Positions 37,358 through 48,600 of a DNA stretch of 59,025 nucleotides are shown here, one piece after another. The stretch is from Thermoplasmata archaeon (GTDB lineage: Archaea > Thermoplasmatota > Thermoplasmata > Halarchaeoplasmatales > Halarchaeoplasmataceae): contig JAWOBZ010000003.1 of the NCBI GenBank assembly GCA_046484045.1, positions 1-59,025 of the forward strand, given 5' to 3'. The position numbers and the translations under genes are program-made. Positions within the stretch are counted from its first letter, which is position 1, and every line of letters starts with the position of its first letter. The notes below the pieces were generated by a model that was not told where the DNA came from, made no database searches, and saw nothing but the letters and a program-made list of their open reading frames with translations.

Positions 37358-37418
37358 GAATCAAAGATTCACAGGAATCAAAGATTCCTCTTCTCTTTGG
37401 TATAAATACCAAAGATTC
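37358..37418. repeat. three copies of CAAAGATTC within two GAATC-AAA-GATTC palindromes and a TTTGGTAT/ATACCAAA palindrome
   Basis: GAATCAAAGATTC at 37358-37370; AGGAATCAAAGATTCCT at 37373-37389; TTTGGTATAAATACCAAA at 37396-37413, followed by GATTC. Confidence 0.8.
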
Positions 37419-37430
37419 TAATTGTTTTTT

Positions 37431-37452
37431 AAAAAAATTAAAAAAAGAAAAA
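37431..37452 (-). terminator. oligo-T termination signals downstream of the C1 peptidase gene
   Basis: Read on the minus strand just after the stop: CCCTTTTTCTTTTTTTAATTTTTTT, giving T5, T7 and T7 runs. Confidence 0.5.
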
Positions 37453-37468
37453 GGGTTTTGTGGGTGTT

Positions 37469-40400
37469 TTAGTAGGTTACGTCCCAAGTGTAGGTTGTAT
37501 CTAGGTCTAGGTATAACCAGTACGCTTCTCCTGGATTCAATGTGTGATCTCCAGGTGTATGATCGTATGCTATATTGTATGTCGCTGATGCATCGTAGTA
37601 CCCTATAACAGAAACATCTGCAGGTGCGTCCGTACCGGATGTGCTGCTCGGGTAGGAAACCATGTTCCAACCAGGATACAATGTGATACTAGTGGTATCC
37701 GGTTTCGAATCGCCCATAACGACTAGATCATCTGTTCCAGTCATGTGGACCCAAATACCCATTCCGCTGGTCCATGTGGAAAGATCGTTGTATGTGTCAC
37801 TTCTTCCGGGAACGTATGTCTTCCATTCACCTATTGAAGCGTCGTAGCACATAACTTTGTCGTAGTTACCTGCAATGCCGTTTGTGGCATCATCGAGGAT
37901 CGAAGTTAGACTTGTATCCGTTCTCGTCAGGTTGTAGGACAAGAAATGCCATCCGTTATGACTGCCGCCTGCATCCAATGTTCCGAGATCGTGGAAAGGT
38001 TGTGTTGGTGATGGTTCCTCTTGATCAGATGTGAATCCACTTTCACGTCCGTCCGCGTCTATTGCACAGACTCTGTACCACCATATTGTCGAATCGGCTG
38101 TTCCTGCACCGCTGTCTACGTAGCTGTAACTCGCAGATTCGTCTGCTGTTACGTTTGTGTATACTGATGCGGTATCCAAACCTGCTTGTGTGTCCGCCCT
38201 GTATATCTCGTAGTGATCTACATCGTTGTCGCCGCCGCCGTCGTCTGCACTTGCCGTCCAGTTGACTGCGTTGTCATCGGTTGATCCTCCGCTGCCTGAA
38301 GATTCGATGTACAAGTGGTCCACATATAGTGTACCCTGTGTTTCACCATTGGCAGCTGTTGTATCTGTAATCTGTACATCAACGGCGTCTCCATTAGCAA
38401 CGCCTGTAAGTTCCCAACTTAGATATGTATCTGTATCACTACCTGCAGTGATTTCTCCTAGATTGGTGTATCCACCACCGTTAACTTGATAGTTAACGTC
38501 GTACGCTTCGTCATCTTCTCGGTAAGCGTCGAGATAAAGCACGAAGGGCGTATTGGCTCCACTTATTGAAATGGAATATACAACATCCACTTCATAGGCT
38601 GGATTACTTGGTGGCCCACCGGTTCGAGTTTCCGTAACCTGGTGATAACTGTTGTCCTGAGTATGGGTGAACGTGTGATCGTTGGTTTCTCCTTCACCAG
38701 TATTCACAGTCGATGAATCGGATGTATCTTCTGTACTTGATACTCCATAATGCTCAACGGTCAATCCGCTTGGTGCATCTGGGAAGTTGTATATCTCGAA
38801 GACGTCGTCACTGGTGTCTGTTGTCTGAGCATAATCGTTGAACGTATTGTTGGTACCACTGGCTGTACCTCTTACAAGGCATTGATCACTGGTGTCATCG
38901 GGTACCGTCCAGGTATAAGACCCTGTGTCTTCGATATTTTCAACTATATCTGTGTAGGTCGCACCGTTATCGGTACTGTATTCAAGATCGATACTGTAAC
39001 CTTGTTGGTAATCTCCGGGGTCAGCATCCCATGTTATATCGTGGTTTGTTCCTGCTTCCCAACTTTCTCCACCATTTGGTGTAAGGATTGTTATACTCGG
39101 AGTATCTAGACCAAGAATTTCGAAATAATCGTCACTCTCATCTTGGCCGCTCATACCTAGGTCATCATGTATTGTTACCCTCACAAGACAAGTCGTACTT
39201 GGGTCTCTGGGTACCCTCCAGTTGTATGATTCATTAGATGCCGACAAACCGGTTGTGATCTCTTCCCAATTGCCACCACCATCTGAGGAGTAATGTAGAT
39301 CCGCTGTGGTGACGGTTCCATCACCAGCTGTATAACTCCAAGTGATATCGTGGTACTCTCCTGCTTTCCATTGTTCTCCTCCATTCGGCGATAAAACTCT
39401 AGCTGAAGGTGGTTCGCTACTCGTAATGGTGAAAGTAGCGTCACTTGAATCTCTTCCCGACAATCCTTGATCATCTACTACGGTTCCTCGAACTAAACAC
39501 TGGTCGCTATCCTCGTTGGGTACACTCCAAGTGTATGTACCATCATCTGGTTCTCCAGCAGCGATCTCAGTCCACGCGTTGCCGTTGTCCACACTATAGT
39601 GTAGATTTACGTGAGATATCGGGTTGGTCATTTCCGTTGTTGTCCATGTTATTTCACGATCTTCTCCGAAAGCCCAGTTTTCGCCACCGTTAGGTGATGT
39701 AATTTCTATTTGAGGTGGTTCTGAACTTGAAACGCTCATAGTTATGTCATCGATGTTCCAGCCGACGCCTTCCACTGCGGCATCGGATGCAAAGAAGAAC
39801 TTACACTGAACTCTTGTAGCCACTCCATCGATCCAGGGTGAAAGGTCGAGTCTCTCCTGTCTCCAACCGCCTGAATCTCCGCCCCATACTTCTTGACCGG
39901 CAAGGGGGGTATCTCCATAATCGGCATAAACCGTACCATCGTAACCTCCGTCTGTGGTTCCTCTTTCCCAATCTGTATTATCGGTTCGTACATCTACTAC
40001 ACCGCCGTCCCAGTAATCATTACCATCTGGGGGTTCCGTATCGTATTCGTGCCAAAATAGCATTTCTGCAGAGTTAGCCGCGCTGATATCGATCCAAGGT
40101 GTGGTCAGGTTATCACACCATGAGTTACCGTATCCACCGTTACCTATGTTGAAAGCGTAACTACCGCTGTAAACTTCGTCAGACCATATCTGCCATCTCT
40201 CAGCTGATTTGGATGGTGATGGGCAGGGTATCTCGGTCCAATTCACCCAACCGGCTTCTACATCGTCTGTAGAACCTGCTGTGAATGAGTTAACTGAAGT
40301 AGTAGTAGTAAGCTCAGCTTCATTCGTTATAACTAGCTCGTAATTATATGACAAATCATCATCCAATTGGTCTACTGCGATTGCATGAGTGGTCTTGAAC

Positions 40401-42421
40401 CTCGTTTCAGATGCAGAATGATCTACTGGTGGGTCCGATAGACCGTAATTAACAACTACGGTGGAAGGTTCATCTACTGTAAATTCGATCAACGTTGCTA
40501 TCTTATTTGTTTCAGTAGGTCCAGAAGTTACAACCGGAGGTGTCGCGTCTATCTCCGCAGTGTCTGTTTTATCACCGTGTGAAGCATCTGCATACGTGAC
40601 TGTAATCGTATCTCCACCACTTACCAACAATGTTCCCGCATCGTCCGTTGCTGAACAGGGTATAGTTCCTACCCATATGTGGTCGTATTTTGCATCAACA
40701 GAAAGTGATAACGTCTCTGTCTCATCTGGACTGGTCACATCAACGGCCACACCGCCCGCACCGGATAAGTCGGAATCGACAACCTGAATACCGATGGTAT
40801 CTTCGACTGCATATTTCGTTTGATCGAAAGATACAGATCCATCAGGATAAGTGAATGTTGTCCACATCACGCACGGATTACTCGCCGGTGCATCCGGTGA
40901 GTTGATGGTTATATCATCGTAATTGACCGTATTGTAATCGTATGGATCGTTATCGCTGTTATCATAGTACTCTACGTAGAAACTGTCCATGGTACTTGCT
41001 GAACCTGAAGATTCTGCCATCTGTAGGTAGAAATAATTGGCACCGTTTCCTTGGTTCCATTCATCTGAGAAATCTGTTACATCGATCGCCATGAAAGACG
41101 GATAAGGATGTCTTGTCTTACTAGCACCGTCCCATAACGGTTTTAGCGTATCTTCAGGATACGGGTTGTCACCGCCGTCTTCTAACGCGATTCCCATGGT
41201 GATACCAGGATCTCTGTCACCTTCATCACTGAAGGTCCATGTACTCAAGAGCTCTGGTGATTTTGCATCGGTATCGTCGTAAACAGCTCCCGTACCTGCA
41301 CCACCTTTGAGTTCGTAAGTCCAATTTAAAAATAGCGTCTTGTAACAGTCATAGGTCATCCAGTACATACCGGCGTATTGGTGTGTGGAATCATATGGAC
41401 CCCAACCTGTGCCCCAAGAATTGGCAACCAAAAAGGCACCTTCTTCAGGGCTTCCGTCCGGATCGGTCATTTGGTCATCGTAACCTACGATCGTATTCGC
41501 GTGATTTAATTCTTCCTCAGTACCCCAATCATCGGTTGATATCACTTCATCGTCCTGCCAGTCTCCCCACATATTAGTTGGGTAAGCGCTTGCGTCTATA
41601 CCGAAACCTACGAGTCTTCCTTCATCGATCCTGGTCTTGATGGCGTTGATAGCTGTATCGTCGTCGTTGTTAGCTGTCATGTAGTGTCCTATAGACTTGA
41701 ACTGTGCTGCACTCCTCCATGCGGATTCACTTCCCCAGGATGAGTAATCACTGTCCGTGTAGGGCATCTCAGCGTAGTTAGAGTTTCCGACTGAAGTGGA
41801 TAGATCCCAAAGACCTGCCCAATTTGTTCCTTCGTCTTCTCCATTGTTTATCATGTTGTAAGACCATGCGGGACTCATCACGTAGTCTGGATTATCCAGG
41901 TTGTTCCACTCTCCCCCGGATACATCTTGGTTATACGCCTGTGCTTGCTGGAAGGTCAGAGCGTAATATGTAGCGGACCACGCACAGCAGGAGCCCTGCT
42001 GTCCTTGATCTCCCATTGGGGGCATGTAAGGGCTCGTTGTATAATCAGTTGATGCCCTTGTTGAGGGTTCCTCTGCCCTGACATCATCATCGCTGTCATC
42101 TACTCTTATCTCCAATGTGCCTATCATCTCATTGTATTGTTGTTCCGTAGGCGGGGCCATACCTGTACCACGGCCGTCTATGACCTGATTGTAGTTCTTA
42201 CCAGGTTCTCTTACACCGAAAATACTCTTCAATTGTTCTATGTCATTCTTAGTAGCGTATCTGTAATTTGTTTCCGTTTTGCTCACATCATTTTCAATAT
42301 TCTGTTCATCAACATTATCGGCTTCACCACCATAATTGAATATGGCAATGGATAATCCTGATACTATCAGGAAAAAAGCAACCAATATTGCTAATACAGA
42401 AGGTATTCGTTTTCTTTTCAT
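37469..42421 (-). CDS. giant secreted or anchored papain-family (C1) cysteine peptidase with many accessory beta-sandwich domains
   Basis: N-terminal signal anchor 'IPSVLAILVAFFLIVSGLSIAIF'. Catalytic motifs are 'QGQQGSCCAWSATYY' (Cys codons 41984-41989), 'NHANTIVGYDD' and 'ANSWGTGWG'. GGAGG lies 7 nt upstream of the ATG. Confidence 0.85.
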   Translation of the reverse strand: MKRKRIPSVLAILVAFFLIVSGLSIAIFNYGGEADNVDEQNIENDVSKTETNYRYATKNDIEQLKSIFGVREPGKNYNQVIDGRGTGMAPPTEQQYNEMIGTLEIRVDDSDDDVRAEEPSTRASTDYTTSPYMPPMGDQGQQGSCCAWSATYYALTFQQAQAYNQDVSGGEWNNLDNPDYVMSPAWSYNMINNGEDEGTNWAGLWDLSTSVGNSNYAEMPYTDSDYSSWGSESAWRSAAQFKSIGHYMTANNDDDTAINAIKTRIDEGRLVGFGIDASAYPTNMWGDWQDDEVISTDDWGTEEELNHANTIVGYDDQMTDPDGSPEEGAFLVANSWGTGWGPYDSTHQYAGMYWMTYDCYKTLFLNWTYELKGGAGTGAVYDDTDAKSPELLSTWTFSDEGDRDPGITMGIALEDGGDNPYPEDTLKPLWDGASKTRHPYPSFMAIDVTDFSDEWNQGNGANYFYLQMAESSGSASTMDSFYVEYYDNSDNDPYDYNTVNYDDITINSPDAPASNPCVMWTTFTYPDGSVSFDQTKYAVEDTIGIQVVDSDLSGAGGVAVDVTSPDETETLSLSVDAKYDHIWVGTIPCSATDDAGTLLVSGGDTITVTYADASHGDKTDTAEIDATPPVVTSGPTETNKIATLIEFTVDEPSTVVVNYGLSDPPVDHSASETRFKTTHAIAVDQLDDDLSYNYELVITNEAELTTTTSVNSFTAGSTDDVEAGWVNWTEIPCPSPSKSAERWQIWSDEVYSGSYAFNIGNGGYGNSWCDNLTTPWIDISAANSAEMLFWHEYDTEPPDGNDYWDGGVVDVRTDNTDWERGTTDGGYDGTVYADYGDTPLAGQEVWGGDSGGWRQERLDLSPWIDGVATRVQCKFFFASDAAVEGVGWNIDDITMSVSSSEPPQIEITSPNGGENWAFGEDREITWTTTEMTNPISHVNLHYSVDNGNAWTEIAAGEPDDGTYTWSVPNEDSDQCLVRGTVVDDQGLSGRDSSDATFTITSSEPPSARVLSPNGGEQWKAGEYHDITWSYTAGDGTVTTADLHYSSDGGGNWEEITTGLSASNESYNWRVPRDPSTTCLVRVTIHDDLGMSGQDESDDYFEILGLDTPSITILTPNGGESWEAGTNHDITWDADPGDYQQGYSIDLEYSTDNGATYTDIVENIEDTGSYTWTVPDDTSDQCLVRGTASGTNNTFNDYAQTTDTSDDVFEIYNFPDAPSGLTVEHYGVSSTEDTSDSSTVNTGEGETNDHTFTHTQDNSYHQVTETRTGGPPSNPAYEVDVVYSISISGANTPFVLYLDAYREDDEAYDVNYQVNGGGYTNLGEITAGSDTDTYLSWELTGVANGDAVDVQITDTTAANGETQGTLYVDHLYIESSGSGGSTDDNAVNWTASADDGGGDNDVDHYEIYRADTQAGLDTASVYTNVTADESASYSYVDSGAGTADSTIWWYRVCAIDADGRESGFTSDQEEPSPTQPFHDLGTLDAGGSHNGWHFLSYNLTRTDTSLTSILDDATNGIAGNYDKVMCYDASIGEWKTYVPGRSDTYNDLSTWTSGMGIWVHMTGTDDLVVMGDSKPDTTSITLYPGWNMVSYPSSTSGTDAPADVSVIGYYDASATYNIAYDHTPGDHTLNPGEAYWLYLDLDTTYTWDVTY
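38783..39721 (-). repeat. three tandem 102-108-aa Ig-like modules (SPNGGE.W...I.W...Y..D.G..W..I)
   Basis: Modules start at residues 901 (39721), 1003 (39415) and 1106 (39106): 'EPPQIEITSPNGGENW', 'EPPSARVLSPNGGEQW', 'DTPSITILTPNGGESW'. Confidence 0.8.
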
Positions 42422-42652
42422 TTGTTTTCCTCCTCTATATATAGAGTTTATTTAGTATTACAATGATATAATTTCAACTACTTATAATTTACTAATCTCG
42501 GAGGTTATCTAGATTGTAATATAAGTGTTTAGCTTTTTTAACCTTGATCAACAACATAAATCTATTGATCATCTATTTTCAATATTATAGATTGAAATTC
42601 CCCCCAATTACATTTATGGAGTGTTCAACTAAAAAAACATTCTTCGAAATGA

Positions 42653-42660
42653 TTATATAA
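42653..42660 (+). promoter_or_regulatory. candidate TATA box for the giant subtilase gene
   Basis: TTATATAA is centred about 27 nt upstream of the ATG at 42684, which would give a near-leaderless transcript. Alternatively, GGAGG at 42693-42697 could serve the ATG at 42705. Confidence 0.35.
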
Positions 42661-42683
42661 TTGCTCAATGATTAGGCACCAAA

Positions 42684-45600
42684 ATGGAATCAGGAGGAAA
42701 ATCAATGCCTATAAGAAAACCACTGAGTAACCAAATATTAAAGATATTTACGGTAATCATCTTTTTAACTATCATATCTTCTATCTTCGCTATCCCCTAT
42801 AGTAATGAAGATAATGAAGATAGAGATGAGAAAAAAAATGATGATGATTTAACAAGCTTATCATTAGATGAGAAAGTTGAAGAAAAATCTAAAACCTTCA
42901 CCGATTCAACATCTAGTCGTCAAGAAGAACAATCAGATGGATGGATTGATAAATTAACTCTCGGGGTGAGGGAGGAAATGAACACACCGTCTAAATTGAT
43001 CTCCGTTATGGTCGTGACGACAGATCTAGGGACATTGCATCAAAAATTAAGGGGATACGGGGGTGTAATACATACAGATTCTGACGCTGTTAAACCTGAA
43101 CACTTCGATTACTCAGCACTTTCTTATCAACAAAGTAATGGCATAGTTATGTCAAGAGAAATTGACGTACCGGTATCATCTATCAAGGATATCGCTGAAC
43201 TATCAGAAGTAATCAAAATACTCAAAAAACCTGAGATACATACTATGAGTTCCGATGTGACTTTTAACAGACCTCAACAAGATGTAGGTGCTCAACCCTA
43301 CGGTACGCTCAATAAATCCCTGCTTAAGATACACAATGCTGACAAAGTTTGGGAAAACGAGATATACGGTGATGATACAAACATCGCCATCGTTGATACC
43401 GGCACTGATTTTTCCCACGCTGATCTCATTGATCAATGGGCTGTGGCACCCGAGGGAGATTATAGTGGTGCTGGATGGCCTTTGATGTTAGACCCAGGTA
43501 GCATGGATTTATATACGACTAGGAATCAAACCGGAGTAAATCACACTGTCGAAGGTGGTTATCCAGTTGGCTTTGAGGACAGTAGTAGTTCACAATACTC
43601 ACAGACTAACTTTACGTTTTCACCAACAACCCAACCCGTTAATGTAGATAATGAAACAATTGTATATCGTTACGATGAAGTTCTTCCCAAGTCACAAGAC
43701 GATTACGAGGCCTCAAAGGCTCATATTGACCTAAAAGGGGATGGATTATATTTAGAAGAAAAAACTCATGTGGTTAAACCCACGGAGCGCATTACTGCAG
43801 GGGATTACGTGGATAAGTCCAGTGACAACGTTGAAGACCTTTTAAAGAATAAGGAAACATCAACTGGCCCATCAACAACAGTAGAGAATGATGGATGGTA
43901 CACGTTAAGCAGCACAGGTGATTGGGGCAAATATTCATCCTTAGCGGTCGATACAGACGACAATATACATGTGGCTTTTTATGATGAAGAGGAACATGTT
44001 CTTATGTATGCATTTAAAGATGTTGATACCTGGTCCTACGATGTTGTTGATAACGGCACCGATGTAGGTAAATATTGTTCTTTGGCATTGAAACCGAACG
44101 GTAAACCGGCTGTGAGCTATTACGATGCATTTAATCAAGATATTAAATATGCTGTAAAAAACGGTGACGGATGGGAGGTAGAAAGGATAGACCACAGCGT
44201 CAACGACAGGGATGCAGGTAAATATTCCTCACTTGCTATTGACAGCACAGGAAAAGCCATAATCAGTTTCTATGAATCTCAACAGGATATGGCATGGTAT
44301 GCTAAAGGTGAATTCGGTAGCTTCTCTTTAAGGGGTTTATCCAAAGGAAGTGGTGAGGGGGGCACACATACATCTGTCGCAGTAGATAGTAACAACGATA
44401 TACATTTTAGCTACGTTAACAAATCTGATAATTTACTATATGCGAAGTGGGACGGCAGTTGGACAAGGTCAACTATAGATGACTCAGGTGGTGTAGGAGA
44501 ATATTGTTCAATCAAAATTGATAGTTCAAATAATCCCCATGTTAGCTACTATGATGGGGATAACGGCGACCTTAAGTACGCATATTATTCGTCTGGTAGT
44601 TGGACGACGACACCGTTGGACAGCGATGGAGATGTGGGAAAGTACACTTCAATTGCATTGGATAACAATGATAATCCATACATAAGTTATTACGACGTTA
44701 CCAATGGTGATTTAAAGATCATGTTCTTTGATGTCATTTGGTATGAGCGTATTGTAGATGAATCGGGCGACGTCGGATCTTACACCTCAATTGACTTTAA
44801 CAGTGAATATACCCCCGTAATTTCATATTACTTTACAGACAATATGTTTTTGAAAATCGCATCGGTGGAACCCACGGAAATCAATATAGAAAACATCGGT
44901 GATGAAAAAGGTAAAGACATGTGTGTGGGTGGATTCCAAACGGGATCAAAGGAAGGTTTCGTTAAGGATTTATACTTGGATATTGCTTACAGCGTTAACA
45001 CTGATAATGGTGATCCAAATTTGTGGAATGAAAATTCGATTTTACTGGTGCACGGTGATAAAAAGACTTCCGCTTTAGATATATCCCCTTCGGACGGAGA
45101 AACATATGTCCAAAAGACTATCCCGATTACTGAAATAGCAAATATAAATTATTTGAGTAATATCTCAAAACTTAACATTTTTTACGATTTCAATTATTCA
45201 GGACCCGCACCGGGACCGACCGTCAGCTTCGATCATATCGATATTATATGTGATTACCACGCGTATCCGAAATTGCATCTTAAAAAATACATCAAGAATG
45301 AAACCGGTTTGGTTAGACCAGACAACACCATCTTGAGTAGAACAGTTACCGATCCCTCATCATTAACGCCTTCTGACGGTGATTCTTATATCGTTCCCGT
45401 AAATGCAGTGGGAGAATGGGAAGGTCAATCAAACAAGATAGCAGAATGGGATTCTTCCAAACACGAATGGGAGTTTTCGACCCCTTCAGAGGACGGTTTT
45501 GAAGTTTGGGTGGAGGACGAACACATACAGCTTGATTGGAACAGTGAGGATGTAAAATGGCTATTAAATGATTTCAATTTAAGATACGTTCCAGATTATA

Positions 45601-48600
45601 AATTATCTGGTCGTTTCGAGGTTTACAATAAAAGTAATCAAACTTACTTCTATGCGAACAATAATCAGTATCTCACACTTTTTGAAGGTGACGAAACCGA
45701 CCAAGTAAATTCTACTTACAATTTCACCCAGCACCACCTTGTGGATGTTGAAATATTTTTTGTGAATAAAAATGGCCGTCGTTTCGAATGGAACGAAGAT
45801 AATTACACGTTGGACACCTTCAACGGGTCTATAAGGTTAGATACCGACATTCCCCCCGGCACCTTCGTAAAGTCAAATTATGAATGGTTTTATCCCATGG
45901 GGGGTATGAGTTTAAAAGAGGTCGCATTTGAAGGACGTGATAAAAATGATAGGTTTAGGATTTATGATATAAATAAAATGTTCATAAAGAACGTTCAGGT
46001 CTATTATCGTAATAACGAAAGAGAACCTTACATCATATTACCTGAGGAAGATTATAAAATTAATCATGAAGAAGGTAACATCACACTTCTTACAAACATA
46101 CCCGAAGGGTCAATGGTAGCGATCGACTATGAATGGCACTACCTCAGCGGAGGGCGTAAGGGAGATGAAAAGGTGGTCACAGGTAATAAATCCGATGAAA
46201 CTAATACTGTTTATGACCTCGAACGGTACCCTCTATTGAATGAAAGCGCTTATTTAGAGTATGAAGATGGAACCATTAATGAAATCGACCAGAAGGACAA
46301 TTACACCCTCGATTATCAAAATGGTACGTTGACCTTACTAATGGATATACCAGATGAGGCTAATTTCAATATATCATATGACTGGTACTTCTTCGGTTTC
46401 GATGAGCAGTTTGAGCTAAATACCACCACGGGCGTTTTCACAAACAAATACAACATAAAAGATAACACCGAACTGACATTCACTTACGAATGCTATCGGA
46501 GATGGGGAGAAAACAGATACTCTACCTTCGAAAAGAAAGGTTCTTTACAGTTGTTCGATAAAATAGAGATGAATGAAGAATTGCTTGCGTCGTACACATG
46601 TGGTAAAGGGTTGGTGACACTAGATGTAGAGATACCGAAGGCACAGTATGCAAGCAATGAGACATATGGTCAAGAATACCTTTCAGGGGCCTATAACATC
46701 ACTGACTTACCATTCAAATCTCAGAGTGGGTGGTATCGATTCGGCATATCAAAATCGATGCATTTGGCTGACATATGGAATCAGCAAGTGGGTATGCTGT
46801 TGGTTGACAGCGAAGTTCCAGGGGTTTATGATCAAGTCTTCGTGGATATAGATAATGACTATGATTTCGGTGATGAGAAACCCGTCAACAAATCCAGTCC
46901 ATTGGCATTTACAGAAGTAAAATCCTACAATGGAAGAGAGGGGTCACCTATGAGGTATATACACAATTATGACCTTGCATGGATGGGTAATAAAGCAGAA
47001 GACGCTAACATTGTACTTTCTGCAGGTCTGCTGTACTGGATATCAGACGGTGTAAATACCCTCCCTTACGGGGAAAGATACGCTGAACATTTTGAATATG
47101 AAGAAGAGAACATTCCTGTACCAAAACAGGGAAATCTGGTCGCATTCTACGATGACTGGGGTACCCATGGAACATCTACTGCCTCTATGGCGGTGGGCAC
47201 TGGTTCTTCGTATCCAGTTAATTACCTGAAGAATAGTTTTGGTGAACAAATAGCGGATCTTTATTCGGATATTAATTCCCAGGGGTTCGCTCCAAATTCT
47301 AAAGTGATGGGGGTGTCTTTGCTTGGTCCAGCAGGTGGATCCGCAGAAGCCGGTTGGTTGTTCGCCGCTGAAGGTTATGACGGGATTCCAGATACCGGTG
47401 ACGAAGCGGATATTAACAGCAATAGCTGGGGTTCCTTCGTTGATAACTCTGGTTGGTTCGTATACGATCGATTAGCAATGAACATAACAGAGATGTACCC
47501 CCATACCACTCTAGTGGCTTCCGCAGGAAACCAAGGGAACGGGTACGGTACCATCGGGTCACCTGGTTCGTCTCCAGCAGTGATAACGGTTGGTGCAGGT
47601 ACTAACATGGCATACAAAGACTATATGGGTAACGACCTAGGATTCCTTTATCCTGGAGGGGAATCGCTCTATCAGTTCGGTATAGGTGAAGGTGATCCCA
47701 TGAACGCCCGCCCACACGGAGACATAGTGAGTTTCTCCAGTTTAGGGCCGACTAAGATGGGGCAACCAGGTATCGATGTTTATGCTGCTGGAGCCTTCGG
47801 TATGGCTGCACTACCAATAAACGAACCATTCACATACGCATACGAGCATGAAAGTGGTCAGTTAGATGGTGCAATACCTGACGGTTGGTTCCTTTGGCAA
47901 CAAACAATGAAACAGGACAGACCTTTACCTCATAATAACTCACATACTTTTGCATTATTCTCCGGAACAAGTATGGCAGCTCCTATCACTGCAGGCGTCT
48001 GCGCTCTTGTTCACCAAGTGTATGAAAGTAAACATGGTTCACCTCCCACAAATGATGAGATGAAACGCATAATCATGTCCAGTGCTGACGATTACGGTTA
48101 TGACGTATTACAGCAGGGTGGCGGATGGTTGAACGCAAGCAGGGCTGTAGAGATGGCGAACCAATCTGCTGGAGTAATGCCTGGTTTAGATTTCTGGGCT
48201 CCTGGTTCTTATGACGGGATATCCCGTAGAGGCATGGTCAACTTGATGAAACCGAATGAGAGCGACGACATACATGTCGAATTAGACAACTACGGGAGCC
48301 ATGACATCTCAAATTCTGATGGTATATCAAGTGAAACTATCATAGAAAAAGGTAAAAAACACAAGTACGGAGAGAACATTATACTTTCCGAGAAAGGCAT
48401 ATCAAGAGAATCTATTGATCTGATACATACGCTCTGGCTTGAAAATAACAGTGCAGTTATAGGCCCACAGGGAGAAAATTCTTCTTCTATCCTAGAGTAT
48501 CTACCTTCTTACAATATAACTGACGATCCTCTTATATACAATACTGGTGATGTGACAGATGAACTGTTATTCTCCGGTAATGAAAGCGACGAAACCGGGC

